DNA of 30,582 bases from the NCBI GenBank assembly GCA_015485245.1, contig WFTY01000175.1, positions 1 to 30,582 of the forward strand, read 5' to 3'. Positions 9,893 through 18,773 of this stretch are shown here, one piece after another. The translations under genes and the position numbers were made by a program. This stretch comes from Anaerolineales bacterium. Its GTDB lineage: Bacteria > Chloroflexota > Anaerolineae > Anaerolineales > UBA11858. Position 1 is the first letter of the stretch, and every line of letters begins with the position of its first letter. The notes under the pieces are model-generated. The model was not told where the DNA came from. It worked only from the letters and a program-made list of their open reading frames with translations, and did not search any database.

Positions 9893-9923
9893 TCTGCCTG
9901 CGTCCGGAAGGACGCCACCTCAG

Positions 9924-9996
9924 GCCGAGATAGCTCAGTTGGTAGAGCACGCGACTGAAAATTGCGGTGTCGCCAGTTCGATTCTGGCTCTCGGCA
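9924..9996 (+). tRNA. tRNA-Phe(GAA), CCA not encoded
   Basis: Acceptor GCCGAGA/TCTCGGC, anticodon arm CGCGA-CTGAAAA-TTGCG, T-loop GTTCGATT. Confidence 0.96.
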
Positions 9997-10036
9997 CTCT
10001 CGGCCTTGCCAGTGTGAAATTGTGAGGCCGAAACAT

Positions 10037-10108
10037 GCGGGCGTAGTTAAGTGGTATAACGTCTCCTTGCCAAGGAGAAGGCCACGGGTTCGAATCCCGT
10101 CGCCCGCT
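10037..10108 (+). tRNA. tRNA-Gly(GCC), CCA not encoded
   Basis: Acceptor GCGGGCG/CGCCCGC, anticodon arm TCTCC-TTGCCAA-GGAGA. Confidence 0.96.
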
Positions 10109-10109
10109 C

Positions 10110-10185
10110 AAGATTGCTGATTGAGGATTGAAGATTGTGGATTGACGAGCCAATCGGCAATCTTCACGAACCAATCAGCATTTTT
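10110..10185. repeat. Period-7 inverted repeat array (GATTG x5 facing CAATC x3) in the tRNA-Gly/tRNA-Cys spacer
   Basis: GATTG at 10112, 10119, 10126, 10133, 10140; CAATC at 10151, 10158, 10172 (10165 degenerate). Confidence 0.88.
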
Positions 10186-10189
10186 ATTT

Positions 10190-10260
<71 letters not shown>

Positions 10261-10273
10261 CAAAAACAGCAAC

Positions 10274-10305
10274 GCACCCCTCCCAGCGAGGGGTGTTTTG
10301 TTTTT
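10274..10305 (+). terminator. Intrinsic terminator after tRNA-Cys
   Basis: Stem GCACCCCTC-CCAGC-GAGGGGTGT followed by TTTGTTTTT. Confidence 0.88.
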
Positions 10306-10361
10306 CGGCGCGCCAGACAACGCGCTCCCCAGGGCGGGCTAAAGCAAACCAGCGGTGCGGG

Positions 10362-10367
10362 TATAAT
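10362..10367 (+). promoter_or_regulatory. Putative -10 box for the SARP regulator
   Basis: Perfect TATAAT just downstream of the terminator; no good -35. Confidence 0.45.
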
Positions 10368-10407
10368 GTCCTTAGAAGCCACTACCTGGAGATCAACGCG
10401 CCAGCTC

Positions 10408-13400
10408 ATGCCCCTCCTACGCGCTCATCTTTTCGAAACCTTGCGCCTGTACGCAGGTGACGGGGGCCCCCTCGATCTAGGGTCTCCAAAAACGCGGTCG
10501 CTGATCGCCTACCTGCTGTTGAATCGCGCCCACCCCATCGACCGGCGCAAACTGGCGTACACCTTCTGGCCCAACAGCTCAGAAGCTGCCGCCAGGCGCA
10601 ATCTGCGGCAATACCTGTATCACGCCAAAGCAGCCCTCACCCCCGCAGATCCCGACGGCGAGCCGCTGCACATCACCAACACCAGCATTCAGTTTAACCC
10701 TCAGTTATCACTGGAACTGGACGTAGAGCTTTTCCTCCACAAAGCCCGCCCCCAGGCATCACTGGAAGAATTGCTCGAGGCGATTGAACTCTACACCAGC
10801 GATTTACTCGAAGATATTTACGATGACTGGTGCATCGCCGAACGAGAACGGCTACGAAAAACCTGGCTCGCCGCGCTCGACCGCAGCAGCCAGATACTCC
10901 AGGCGGCGGAAAGGGACGCGGAGGCAATCGCCATCCTCGAGACCTGGGCGCAGGCCGAACCATTTCAGGAAACGGCGCATCAACGCCTGATCACGCTCTA
11001 CGCCCGCAGAGGGGAACGCACCAGGGCGCTGCAAACCTATCAGCACTTCGCCCGTCGCCTCGCCAAAGAGCTAAACGCCGATCCGCTTCCCGAAACCCAG
11101 GCGCTCATTCAGGCGATTCAAGAAGGTCAGCGCACACCGGCGCGCGCCCCCATCTCGCCGCCAGCCGCCCCCACGCGATGGAAGGAAGCCCAGGATGCCA
11201 CCGGAGCGATTCCTTTCATCGGGCGCAGAGAGGAGCTGGACACGCTCAACCGCGTCTACCAGCAGGCCAGCGGCGGCGCCGGACGACTGGTGCTCATCAG
11301 CGGCGAGGCCGGCATCGGCAAGACCCGTCTGCTCCAGGAATATCTCCACACCCATCCCGCCGTCGAGGCGCTGCACAGCACTTGCTACGAACTGGACAGC
11401 ATGATCCCCTTCGCCCCGCTGCGACAGGCCTTGCAGAATTCGACGCTCCTGGAGCAAATCTTCCAAACCCGGCTCCCGCCAGCCTGGTCGGCACCCCTGC
11501 GCCCCATCCTGCCGGAACTCCAGCGCTTCTTCCCCTACCAGCTTCCGGACGAGCACGCCGGAGCCAGCGTGGCGCTGCGCGAGTCGTTGACAAACTTCAT
11601 CCTCTATCTGAGCGCGGCTACCCCGCGCGCCCCTTTGCACATCATCCTGGACGACCTGCATTGGGCCGACACTTCCACCTGGGAGCTGATCGCCGCCCTG
11701 GTGCGCTTCGCCCCCACACATCCCCTGGTGTTGATCGGGCTTTTCCGCCGCGAGGATTTTCCCGCCGAACGGCGCAGCCTGTTGCGCAGCATCCAGCGCG
11801 CGGACGCCTTGCTGACGCTCGACCTCCCCCGATTGACTCCTGCAGAAACCGAGGACCTGGCGCGCCATCTCAACCCCACACGGGCAAAAAATTCCATCTT
11901 CATCCAGCGCCTCTATCAGGATACAGAAGGCAACCCTTTCTTTATTATTGAAACCATCCGGGTGTTACAAGAGAGTGGCGTCCAATCGTTGAAAGCGCTC
12001 ACGCCTTCAACGATTCCGCACTCCATCCAGCGCGTGATCGAAGCTCGCCTGGATCGTTTACCCCCGCCCAGCCGCGAGGCGTTGGGCTGCGCCGCCGCCA
12101 TCGGCCGCTCTTTCACCTTTCCACTGTTGCAAGAAATCCTCGAAGCACCCCAGGAAGCCATCATCACGTTTATTGAGGAATGGCAGCAACGCGGGCTGGT
12201 GCATGAAAGCGCTCGCGGCTACGACTTCCGGCACGACAAGTTCCGCCAGGTGGCTTACGGCAGTTTGAGCCGCGCCCGCCGGGAGTACATCCACGGGCGT
12301 ATCGCTGCCGTACTGGAAAACGCCATCCCCCCTGCCGACGCCACCACGCTGGCTCATCATTACGCCCGCAGCAATCATCCGCTCAAAGCGCTGCCCTTTC
12401 TCACCCAGGCGGGTGAACACGCCTTGCAATTGCGCTCTTACCACGAGGTGCGCCAGTTTGGCCTGCAGGCGGTCAGCCTGCTGGGGCAGCTCCCCGGCCC
12501 GCGGCAACGCGGCGAACGCGTGGACATCAATCTGCAACTGGCGCAGGCTTACGCTTTCACCGGCGACCTGCAACGCGCCATCGAAATTCTCAACGAAAGC
12601 GAGCACCTGGCTACCAGCCTGAACGATGAAAAGCGCCTGGGGCAGATCTTCCGGCGGGCGGCGCAATTTTTCTGGCTCTCCGGGCAATCCAAAACCGCCA
12701 GCGATTACGCTCGCCGCGCCCTGCGCGTGGCCGAAGAAACCGAAAACCAACATCTGCTGGGGGCTGCACTCCGCATGCTGGGACGGGTCAGCATCGCCCT
12801 GGCCGCTTTTGATGACGCCATCGCCTACCTGTTGCGCTACGTCAACATGCACGCGGGCCTGGGAGAAGAACGCGCCTACCCATCCATGCCCGCCGACATG
12901 CCCATTGTGCTCGGCTACCTGGGCGTGGCTTACTCACGCGTGGGCGCCTGGCAACGCGCCTTCAGCGTGAGTCAACAGGGTTGCGCGCTGGCCGAATCCC
13001 TCAGCGAAAATCCATTAGACGCCCGCAACATCTTCGCCCGCATGCAACTTGCGATGGTACGGGCCGCCTACCATGATTGGGGAGGTTGTCTGGAGGCCTT
13101 AGCTCCTCTCCCCAAACCGGAGTCCCTGGAAGAAATCACCCCGCCACTCTTCATGGCACTGGGGCTACGCGGCTACGCACAGGCGCAAAGCGGCGCACCG
13201 GCGCGCGGGTTGCAAATCACCCGCAAAGCTGTCGATTGGGCCGCCCAGACCGGCTACCATGTCTTCGCCTACCTTCCGCGCATCTTCCTGGCCGAGGAAT
13301 CTCTGCTCGCCGGCGACATCCCCACGGCGTTGAAACAGGCGCAGCAAGCCCTGCAGGAGGCCCAACAGGCCGCAGACCGCTGGGCGACCGGGATCAGCCT

Positions 13401-13770
13401 GCGATTGATCGCCGATATTCGCGCCCGTTTCCCCAAGCCGCCCTGGGCGCAGATCGAAAACGATCTGATCGCCTCCATGCACCTGCTGCGACAGATTCGC
13501 GCCCGTCCCGATCTGGCGCGCACCTACCTCTCTCTGCGGCGTCTCTATGACCGTGCCGGGCAGATCGCCTGGGCGGTGGATTGCCATTTCCGAGCAATCA
13601 CCATTTTTGAAGAACTCGGCATGAACGCCGAACTCCAGCTCGCCCAGGGCCAGGCAGCGCACGAACGCCAGGGGGCCGTGGTCATCGTCAACCTGCCGCT
13701 GCAAGGCCCCAATCAGCCCGTCCCAAACCCCAGAGGGGACGCCGAAGCCAACGCAGCAATATCCACCTGA
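10408..13770 (+). CDS. SARP/AfsR-like regulator: winged helix + BTAD + AAA/STAND ATPase + TPR repeats (~1120 aa)
   Basis: N-terminal KTRSLIAYLLL/LAYTFWP/RNLRQYLY, BTAD DDWCIAERERL and EPFQETAHQRLI, Walker A GEAGIGKT, Walker B LDDLHWAD, TPR-like C-terminus. The ORF-track start at 10135 crosses tRNA-Cys and is rejected; the start could also be 10366. Confidence 0.85.
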   Translation: MPLLRAHLFETLRLYAGDGGPLDLGSPKTRSLIAYLLLNRAHPIDRRKLAYTFWPNSSEAAARRNLRQYLYHAKAALTPADPDGEPLHITNTSIQFNPQLSLELDVELFLHKARPQASLEELLEAIELYTSDLLEDIYDDWCIAERERLRKTWLAALDRSSQILQAAERDAEAIAILETWAQAEPFQETAHQRLITLYARRGERTRALQTYQHFARRLAKELNADPLPETQALIQAIQEGQRTPARAPISPPAAPTRWKEAQDATGAIPFIGRREELDTLNRVYQQASGGAGRLVLISGEAGIGKTRLLQEYLHTHPAVEALHSTCYELDSMIPFAPLRQALQNSTLLEQIFQTRLPPAWSAPLRPILPELQRFFPYQLPDEHAGASVALRESLTNFILYLSAATPRAPLHIILDDLHWADTSTWELIAALVRFAPTHPLVLIGLFRREDFPAERRSLLRSIQRADALLTLDLPRLTPAETEDLARHLNPTRAKNSIFIQRLYQDTEGNPFFIIETIRVLQESGVQSLKALTPSTIPHSIQRVIEARLDRLPPPSREALGCAAAIGRSFTFPLLQEILEAPQEAIITFIEEWQQRGLVHESARGYDFRHDKFRQVAYGSLSRARREYIHGRIAAVLENAIPPADATTLAHHYARSNHPLKALPFLTQAGEHALQLRSYHEVRQFGLQAVSLLGQLPGPRQRGERVDINLQLAQAYAFTGDLQRAIEILNESEHLATSLNDEKRLGQIFRRAAQFFWLSGQSKTASDYARRALRVAEETENQHLLGAALRMLGRVSIALAAFDDAIAYLLRYVNMHAGLGEERAYPSMPADMPIVLGYLGVAYSRVGAWQRAFSVSQQGCALAESLSENPLDARNIFARMQLAMVRAAYHDWGGCLEALAPLPKPESLEEITPPLFMALGLRGYAQAQSGAPARGLQITRKAVDWAAQTGYHVFAYLPRIFLAEESLLAGDIPTALKQAQQALQEAQQAADRWATGISLRLIADIRARFPKPPWAQIENDLIASMHLLRQIRARPDLARTYLSLRRLYDRAGQIAWAVDCHFRAITIFEELGMNAELQLAQGQAAHERQGAVVIVNLPLQGPNQPVPNPRGDAEANAAIST

Positions 13771-13788
13771 CCTCTCATAAGCGCATAA

Positions 13789-13843
13789 AATCACAAACAC
13801 TAACACCGCCATTAACACTTTTTTAGCGCGCTCGAGCTATAGT
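13789..13843 (+). promoter_or_regulatory. Putative activator-dependent promoter of the ABC/ligase operon with direct repeats
   Basis: TATAGT at 13838-13843 with no -35 consensus; TAACAC at 13801 and 13813, AAACAC at 13795, AATCAC at 13789. Confidence 0.4.
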
Positions 13844-13874
13844 CACAGCACTACTCCCTTGCTCAGGAGCGCTT

Positions 13875-14744
13875 ATGCAACGCGGGTTCCTTAATCAACT
13901 CAACAGCAGCACGCTCAAGCCGGGCGAAACGCAGCTCAAGATCGATGATGTGCAACTCAACTTCGGCGGTGTGACTGCCCTGCTGGATGTCAGCCTGGAG
14001 GTGCGCCAGAGTGAGATCCTGGCAATCATCGGCCCAAACGGGGCGGGGAAAACCAGCCTGCTGAACTGCATCAGCGGGCTCTACCGCCCACAGCACGGCC
14101 GCATCACCTACTACAACGGCGAGGCGCATGAGCTCACGCGCCTGAAGCCGCACCAGATCGCCCGCCTGGGAATCGCCCGCTCGTTCCAGAACATCGAGCT
14201 GTTCCGCCATATGACCGTGCTCGACAACCTGCTCGCCGGGGCGCACATCCACATGAAGACCAACCTGCTCAGTTGTCTGCTCTATTGGGGGCCAGCGCAG
14301 CGCGAGCACCTGCAATACCGCCGCTTCGTCGAGGACATCATCGACCTGCTAGAGATCGAAGCCATTCGCTATAACACCGTCGGTTCGCTTTCCTACGGGC
14401 TGCAAAAACGCGTCGAAATGGGGCGCGCCCTGGCCATGCGGCCATCGATTCTCCTCCTCGATGAGCCTATGGCCGGGATGAACGCCGAAGAAAAAGAGGA
14501 TATGGCGCGCTTCATTCTTGACATCACCGAGGAGCACGGCGTGACCATCGTGCTGATCGAACACGACATGGGCGTCATCATGGATATCAGCGACCGCATC
14601 GCGGTGCTCAACTTCGGCCAGAAAATCGCCGAAGGAACGCCAGACGAGATCCGCCAGAACCCGCTCGTCATCGAGGCCTATCTCGGCGAAGAGACCAGTG
14701 TATTCCCCTTCAAGTTCCACCCCAAAACCGAGACAAGCGATTAG
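13875..14744 (+). CDS. Branched-chain-type (HAAT) ABC ATP-binding protein, LivG-like
   Basis: GPNGAGKT, RSFQN, LSYGLQKRVEMGRAL, LLDEP, LIEHD; CAGGAG SD. Confidence 0.92.
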   Translation: MQRGFLNQLNSSTLKPGETQLKIDDVQLNFGGVTALLDVSLEVRQSEILAIIGPNGAGKTSLLNCISGLYRPQHGRITYYNGEAHELTRLKPHQIARLGIARSFQNIELFRHMTVLDNLLAGAHIHMKTNLLSCLLYWGPAQREHLQYRRFVEDIIDLLEIEAIRYNTVGSLSYGLQKRVEMGRALAMRPSILLLDEPMAGMNAEEKEDMARFILDITEEHGVTIVLIEHDMGVIMDISDRIAVLNFGQKIAEGTPDEIRQNPLVIEAYLGEETSVFPFKFHPKTETSD

Positions 14745-14761
14745 CTCCCCCCCGACGAACC

Positions 14762-16660
14762 ATGGCCGAAACGCTCCCCCAACACCTTCTGGAACACGCC
14801 ACCCAAACCCCGCAGGCGACCGCCCTGCGCCTGCGCGATTACGGCATCTGGCAAGCCATCACCTGGCAGGAATATTTTCAGCACGTCAAACAGTTCTGCC
14901 TGGGGCTGGTCAGCCTGGGGCTGAAGCCCGAAGAAACCATCGCCATCATCGGGGATAACCGTCCCGAATGGGTAATCGCCGAGCTGGCCGCCCAAAGCGC
15001 GGGGGCCAAATCCATCGGTATTTATCAGGATTCCGTGGTCGCAGAGATGATCTACATTTTCAACCACGCCGATGTCTCTTTCATCGTGGTGGAAGACCAG
15101 GAGCAGGTGGACAAAATCATCGAAATGTGGGACCAGCTGGAGGGGGTGCGCAAGGTCATCTATTACGACCCCAAGGGGCTGCGCAATTACAGCGAAGATT
15201 TTTTGATGTATTTTCTGGATGTCGAGGAGCTGGGCCGCCAGTTCGAGCAGCAAAACCCCGGCTGGTTTGAGGAAAGCATCGCCCGCGGCAAAGGCAGCGA
15301 CATCGCTATCCTCTCTACCACCTCGGGCACCACAGGACATCCCAAGCTCGCCATGCTCACCCACGATTCCATGTTGAGCATGGGGCGCAATCTGATGACA
15401 GTGGACCCCCTCGCCCCGGAGGACGAGTTCGTCTCCTTCCTGCCGCTGGCCTGGATCGGCGAACAGATGATGGTGATGTCCTGCGGCCTGCTGGTCGGCT
15501 TCACGGTCAACTTCCCCGAAGAACCCGAGACCGTGCAGCACGACATCCGCGAGATCGGGCCGCAGGTGATGTTCAGCCCCCCCCGCATCTGGGAGAGCCT
15601 GGTCAGCCAGGTGCAGGTCAAAATCGAAGATAGCACCTGGCTGAAGCAAAAACTCTATAACTGGGCCATGCCCATCGGCTATCAAATGGCCGACCTCAAC
15701 TTTCGCAAGGAAAAGCCCTCTGTGGGGATGAAATTGAAATATTTCCTGGCGAACTGGCTGGTGTTTCAGGAGATTAAAGACCACCTGGGGCTGCGGCATC
15801 TCAAACGCGCCTACACCGGCGGGGCGGCGCTCGGCCCGGACGTCTTCCGCTTCTTCCATGCCCTGGGCGTCAACCTCAAACAAATCTACGGCCAAACCGA
15901 GATCAATGGCATCGCCGTGGTTCATCGCGATGGCGACATCAAATTCCAGACCGTAGGGACGCCGATCCCGGAAACCGACATTAAGATAGACGAGAATGGC
16001 GAAATTCTGATGCGCTCACCCGCCATGATGGCAGGCTACTACCGCAACCCCAAGGGCACCGCCGAAGCCATCAAAGACGGCTGGCTGTACTCTGGCGACG
16101 CCGGCTATTTTGACGAAGATGGGCATCTGATCGTGATCGACCGCGCCAAAGATGTGATGACTCTGCACGACGGCACCAAATTCAGCCCCCAGTTCATCGA
16201 AAACAAACTGAAGTTCAGCCCCCACATCAAGGAAGCGGTTGTCTTTGGCGGCGATTGGCCCTTCGTGAGCGCCATGATTAACATCGATTTCCCCAACGTG
16301 GGCAAATGGGCGGAAAACCACCACGTTGCCTACACCACTTACACCGACCTGGCGCAAAAACCCGAGGTGTATCAACTGGTGCGCGAGCACGTCGCCCGCT
16401 CCAACGCCGATCTGCCGCCCGCCGCCCGCATCCGCCGCTTTGTTTTATTGCATAAGGAGCTGGACGCCGACGACGCCGAGCTGACCCGCACACGCAAAGT
16501 CCGCCGCAAACTGATCGCCCAGCGCTATGAGGATATCATCTCAGCCCTCTACAGCCGCACCCCTCATGTGGATGTAGACACCCCAATCACCTATCAGGAC
16601 GGCCGCACGGTGAACATCCGTACCCGGCTGGCAATTGAAAACCTGGACACGGACGAATAA
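14762..16660 (+). CDS. Long-chain-fatty-acid--CoA ligase-like AMP-binding enzyme
   Basis: TTSGTTGHPK (A3), FLPLAWIGE, YGQTE, GYYRNP, GWLYSGDAG, IDRAKD motifs. Confidence 0.9.
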   Translation: MAETLPQHLLEHATQTPQATALRLRDYGIWQAITWQEYFQHVKQFCLGLVSLGLKPEETIAIIGDNRPEWVIAELAAQSAGAKSIGIYQDSVVAEMIYIFNHADVSFIVVEDQEQVDKIIEMWDQLEGVRKVIYYDPKGLRNYSEDFLMYFLDVEELGRQFEQQNPGWFEESIARGKGSDIAILSTTSGTTGHPKLAMLTHDSMLSMGRNLMTVDPLAPEDEFVSFLPLAWIGEQMMVMSCGLLVGFTVNFPEEPETVQHDIREIGPQVMFSPPRIWESLVSQVQVKIEDSTWLKQKLYNWAMPIGYQMADLNFRKEKPSVGMKLKYFLANWLVFQEIKDHLGLRHLKRAYTGGAALGPDVFRFFHALGVNLKQIYGQTEINGIAVVHRDGDIKFQTVGTPIPETDIKIDENGEILMRSPAMMAGYYRNPKGTAEAIKDGWLYSGDAGYFDEDGHLIVIDRAKDVMTLHDGTKFSPQFIENKLKFSPHIKEAVVFGGDWPFVSAMINIDFPNVGKWAENHHVAYTTYTDLAQKPEVYQLVREHVARSNADLPPAARIRRFVLLHKELDADDAELTRTRKVRRKLIAQRYEDIISALYSRTPHVDVDTPITYQDGRTVNIRTRLAIENLDTDE

Positions 16661-16663
16661 CCC

Positions 16664-17536
16664 ATGGATCTGTTCATTCAGCTCACCCTGACCGGATTGA
16701 CCAACGGCGCCATCCTGGCGATGGCCGCCCTCGGCTTCGTCTTAATCTTCAAAGCCAGTGACGTGATCAATTTCGCCCAGGGCGAATTTCTGCTCATTGG
16801 CGCGTACGTCACCTTTGCCATGCTCGCCCAGTTGGGGCTGCACTGGACCCTGGGGCTGCTGCTCACCCTGGGGGTGGCGGTCGCCCTGGGAGTAGCCGTT
16901 GAGCGCCTGGTGCTGCGCCCAATGATCGGCGAACCGATCATCTCCGTGATTATGGTGACCATCGGCCTGAGCAGCCTTTTGAAAGCCCTTGTCAGCGCCA
17001 TCTGGGGCAACCAGCCGAAAGCGTTCCCACCGTTCATCCCCAGCCAGCCGGTGAAAATCCTGGGCGCCACGGTGGGCGAGGATCGGCTGTGGGCGATTGT
17101 CATCGCCATCTTCATGTTGGGAATCTTCTCGGTGTTCTTCCGCCGCTCGCGCGAGGGCATCGCTATGCGCGCCGTGGCCGACGACCAGCAAGCCGCCCTG
17201 AGCATGGGCATCAGCGTCAAGAAGATCTTTGCCTGGGCATGGTCGATCGCCGCGGCCACCGCCGCCATCGGCGGGGCGCTGGTCGCCAACATCGTCGGCG
17301 TAGGGCCGGAGCTGGCCGGCTTCGGGTTGCGCGTCTTCCCCGTGGTCATCCTCGGCGGGCTGGATTCCATCCCCGGCGCGATCATTGGCGGCGTGGTCAT
17401 CGGCCTGCTGGAAGCCTACACCGGCGGCTACATCGGCCAGGGGCTCAACCAGGTTCTGCCGTTCATCGTGCTGATCCTCATCCTGATGATCCGCCCTTAC
17501 GGCTTATTCGGCCAGGAAATCATCGAACGCGTCTGA
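16664..17536 (+). CDS. HAAT ABC permease, LivH-like
   Basis: Hydrophobic; GFVLIFKASDVINFAQG, GIAMRAVADD, VILGGLDSIPGA motifs. Confidence 0.92.
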   Translation: MDLFIQLTLTGLTNGAILAMAALGFVLIFKASDVINFAQGEFLLIGAYVTFAMLAQLGLHWTLGLLLTLGVAVALGVAVERLVLRPMIGEPIISVIMVTIGLSSLLKALVSAIWGNQPKAFPPFIPSQPVKILGATVGEDRLWAIVIAIFMLGIFSVFFRRSREGIAMRAVADDQQAALSMGISVKKIFAWAWSIAAATAAIGGALVANIVGVGPELAGFGLRVFPVVILGGLDSIPGAIIGGVVIGLLEAYTGGYIGQGLNQVLPFIVLILILMIRPYGLFGQEIIERV

Positions 17537-17592
17537 GAACCTATCCGGCGCCCTTCTGAATTGACGGATACCAAGCAATTACCGGAGCAAGC

Positions 17593-18636
17593 ATGGATTC
17601 TGGAATCTTCCACACCACCTACGAAAAAGACATGGCCCTGCGCCGCACGCCGGCACAAAAGGTGCGCCTGGTCTTGCTGATCGCCTTCCTGCTGGTCTTT
17701 CCCTTCCTCGCCAATCGGTATTACCTCACGCTGGCCAACCAGGTCGCCATTGCGGTGATCGGCGCCGTCGGGCTGAACATCCTCACCGGCTACACCGGGC
17801 AGATCAGCCTGGGACAGGGCGGCTTCATGGCCGTGGGGGCGTATTCCGCCGGCATCCTGACGGCGCGCCTGGGCATGCCCTGGTGGGGCTCCACCATCGC
17901 CGCCTGCTTCATCACCGCGCTGATCGGCACTTTCTTCGGCATCCCCTCGCTGCGGCTCAAAGGACTGTATCTGGCGATCGCCACGCTGGCGGCGCAAGAA
18001 ATCATCATCTGGGTGGTAACGCACTGGCGCGCGCTGACCGGCGGCGTGGACGCCCTGGTGGTTCCCGACCCGGTTTCGTTCGGCATCCGCATCAACAGCG
18101 ACTTTAACTTTTATTGGGTAGCCTGGAGCATTGTAGGCATCGTGACCATCGCTGCGGTTAACCTCTTCCGCACGCCCTACGGGCGCGCCTTCATCGCCAT
18201 CCGCGACCAGGATATCGCCGCCTCGGTGATGGGGGTGGATCTGTTCAAGTACAAACTCCTGGCCTTCGCCATTTCCTCTTTCCTGGTGGGATTGGCCGGG
18301 GCGCTGACCGCCCACTACCGCAACATCGTCACCTGGGAGCGCTTCACCATCGACATTTCGGTGCTCTACCTCGCCATGATTATCATCGGCGGACTGGGTT
18401 CAATCACCGGCTCCTATCTGGGCGCGACATTCATCACCCTGCTCCCCGCGGTGCTGACCAACCTGGGGCGCGCCCTGAAAAGCACATTCCCCGCCATCGA
18501 CAGCGTGTTGCCGTTTATCCAGCAGGCCACCTTCGGTCTGGTCATCATCCTGTTCCTGATTTTCGAACCGGAAGGGTTGAACAAAATTTGGAAAAACATC
18601 AAGGACTATTTCCGCCTATGGCCGTTCAGCTATTGA
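17593..18636 (+). CDS. HAAT ABC permease, LivM-like
   Basis: GLNILTGYTGQISLGQG, LRLKGLYLAIATL, GRAFIAIRD, MIIIGGLGS motifs. Confidence 0.92.
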   Translation: MDSGIFHTTYEKDMALRRTPAQKVRLVLLIAFLLVFPFLANRYYLTLANQVAIAVIGAVGLNILTGYTGQISLGQGGFMAVGAYSAGILTARLGMPWWGSTIAACFITALIGTFFGIPSLRLKGLYLAIATLAAQEIIIWVVTHWRALTGGVDALVVPDPVSFGIRINSDFNFYWVAWSIVGIVTIAAVNLFRTPYGRAFIAIRDQDIAASVMGVDLFKYKLLAFAISSFLVGLAGALTAHYRNIVTWERFTIDISVLYLAMIIIGGLGSITGSYLGATFITLLPAVLTNLGRALKSTFPAIDSVLPFIQQATFGLVIILFLIFEPEGLNKIWKNIKDYFRLWPFSY

Positions 18637-18692
18637 TCATGCCCGGCCCCCGTTAACCAGAGGCCGTCACCGGTCTCACGACCCGAAGCAGC

Positions 18693-18703
18693 AAGGAGGT
18701 GAT
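18693..18703 (+). promoter_or_regulatory. Orphan full-length Shine-Dalgarno (AAGGAGGTGAT) 70 nt upstream of the SBP start
   Basis: 11-nt complement of the canonical 16S 3' end. Its nearest ATG is only 2 nt after GGAGG, and the SBP has its own GGAGG at 18762. Confidence 0.55.
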
Positions 18704-18773
18704 GCGCACACAACAAACCAGTCCCAACCGATGATCCATTTCGATCTTTTGATAACCCAATGGAGGAACCAAA

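Noticed and set aside
9901-9914. CGTCC-GGAA-GGACG as SRP domain IV
   Set aside because: It is only a 5-bp GNRA hairpin in the pre-tRNA leader and lacks the SRP internal-loop sequences.
14747-14753. C7 homopolymer as a phase-variation tract
   Set aside because: Short, intergenic, not in a promoter spacer, and unremarkable on a C-rich strand.
14741-15925. Long antisense ORFs (also 18630-19886, 20928-22193, 22815-24125, 27333-28295, 29196-30242, 10830-11951)
   Set aside because: Each lies wholly opposite or out of frame to a well-supported gene, has no recognisable motifs or SD, and is expected from GC-rich codon bias suppressing stops.
17543-17570. TATCCG...CGGATA inverted repeat and TTGACG between the two HAAT permeases
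   Set aside because: A 6-bp stem with a long loop, and no -10 at the right distance from TTGACG.
18702-18734. 10-aa peptide MRTQQTSPNR as a real gene
   Set aside because: SD-to-ATG spacing of 2 nt is too short for normal initiation; treated as an orphan SD instead.
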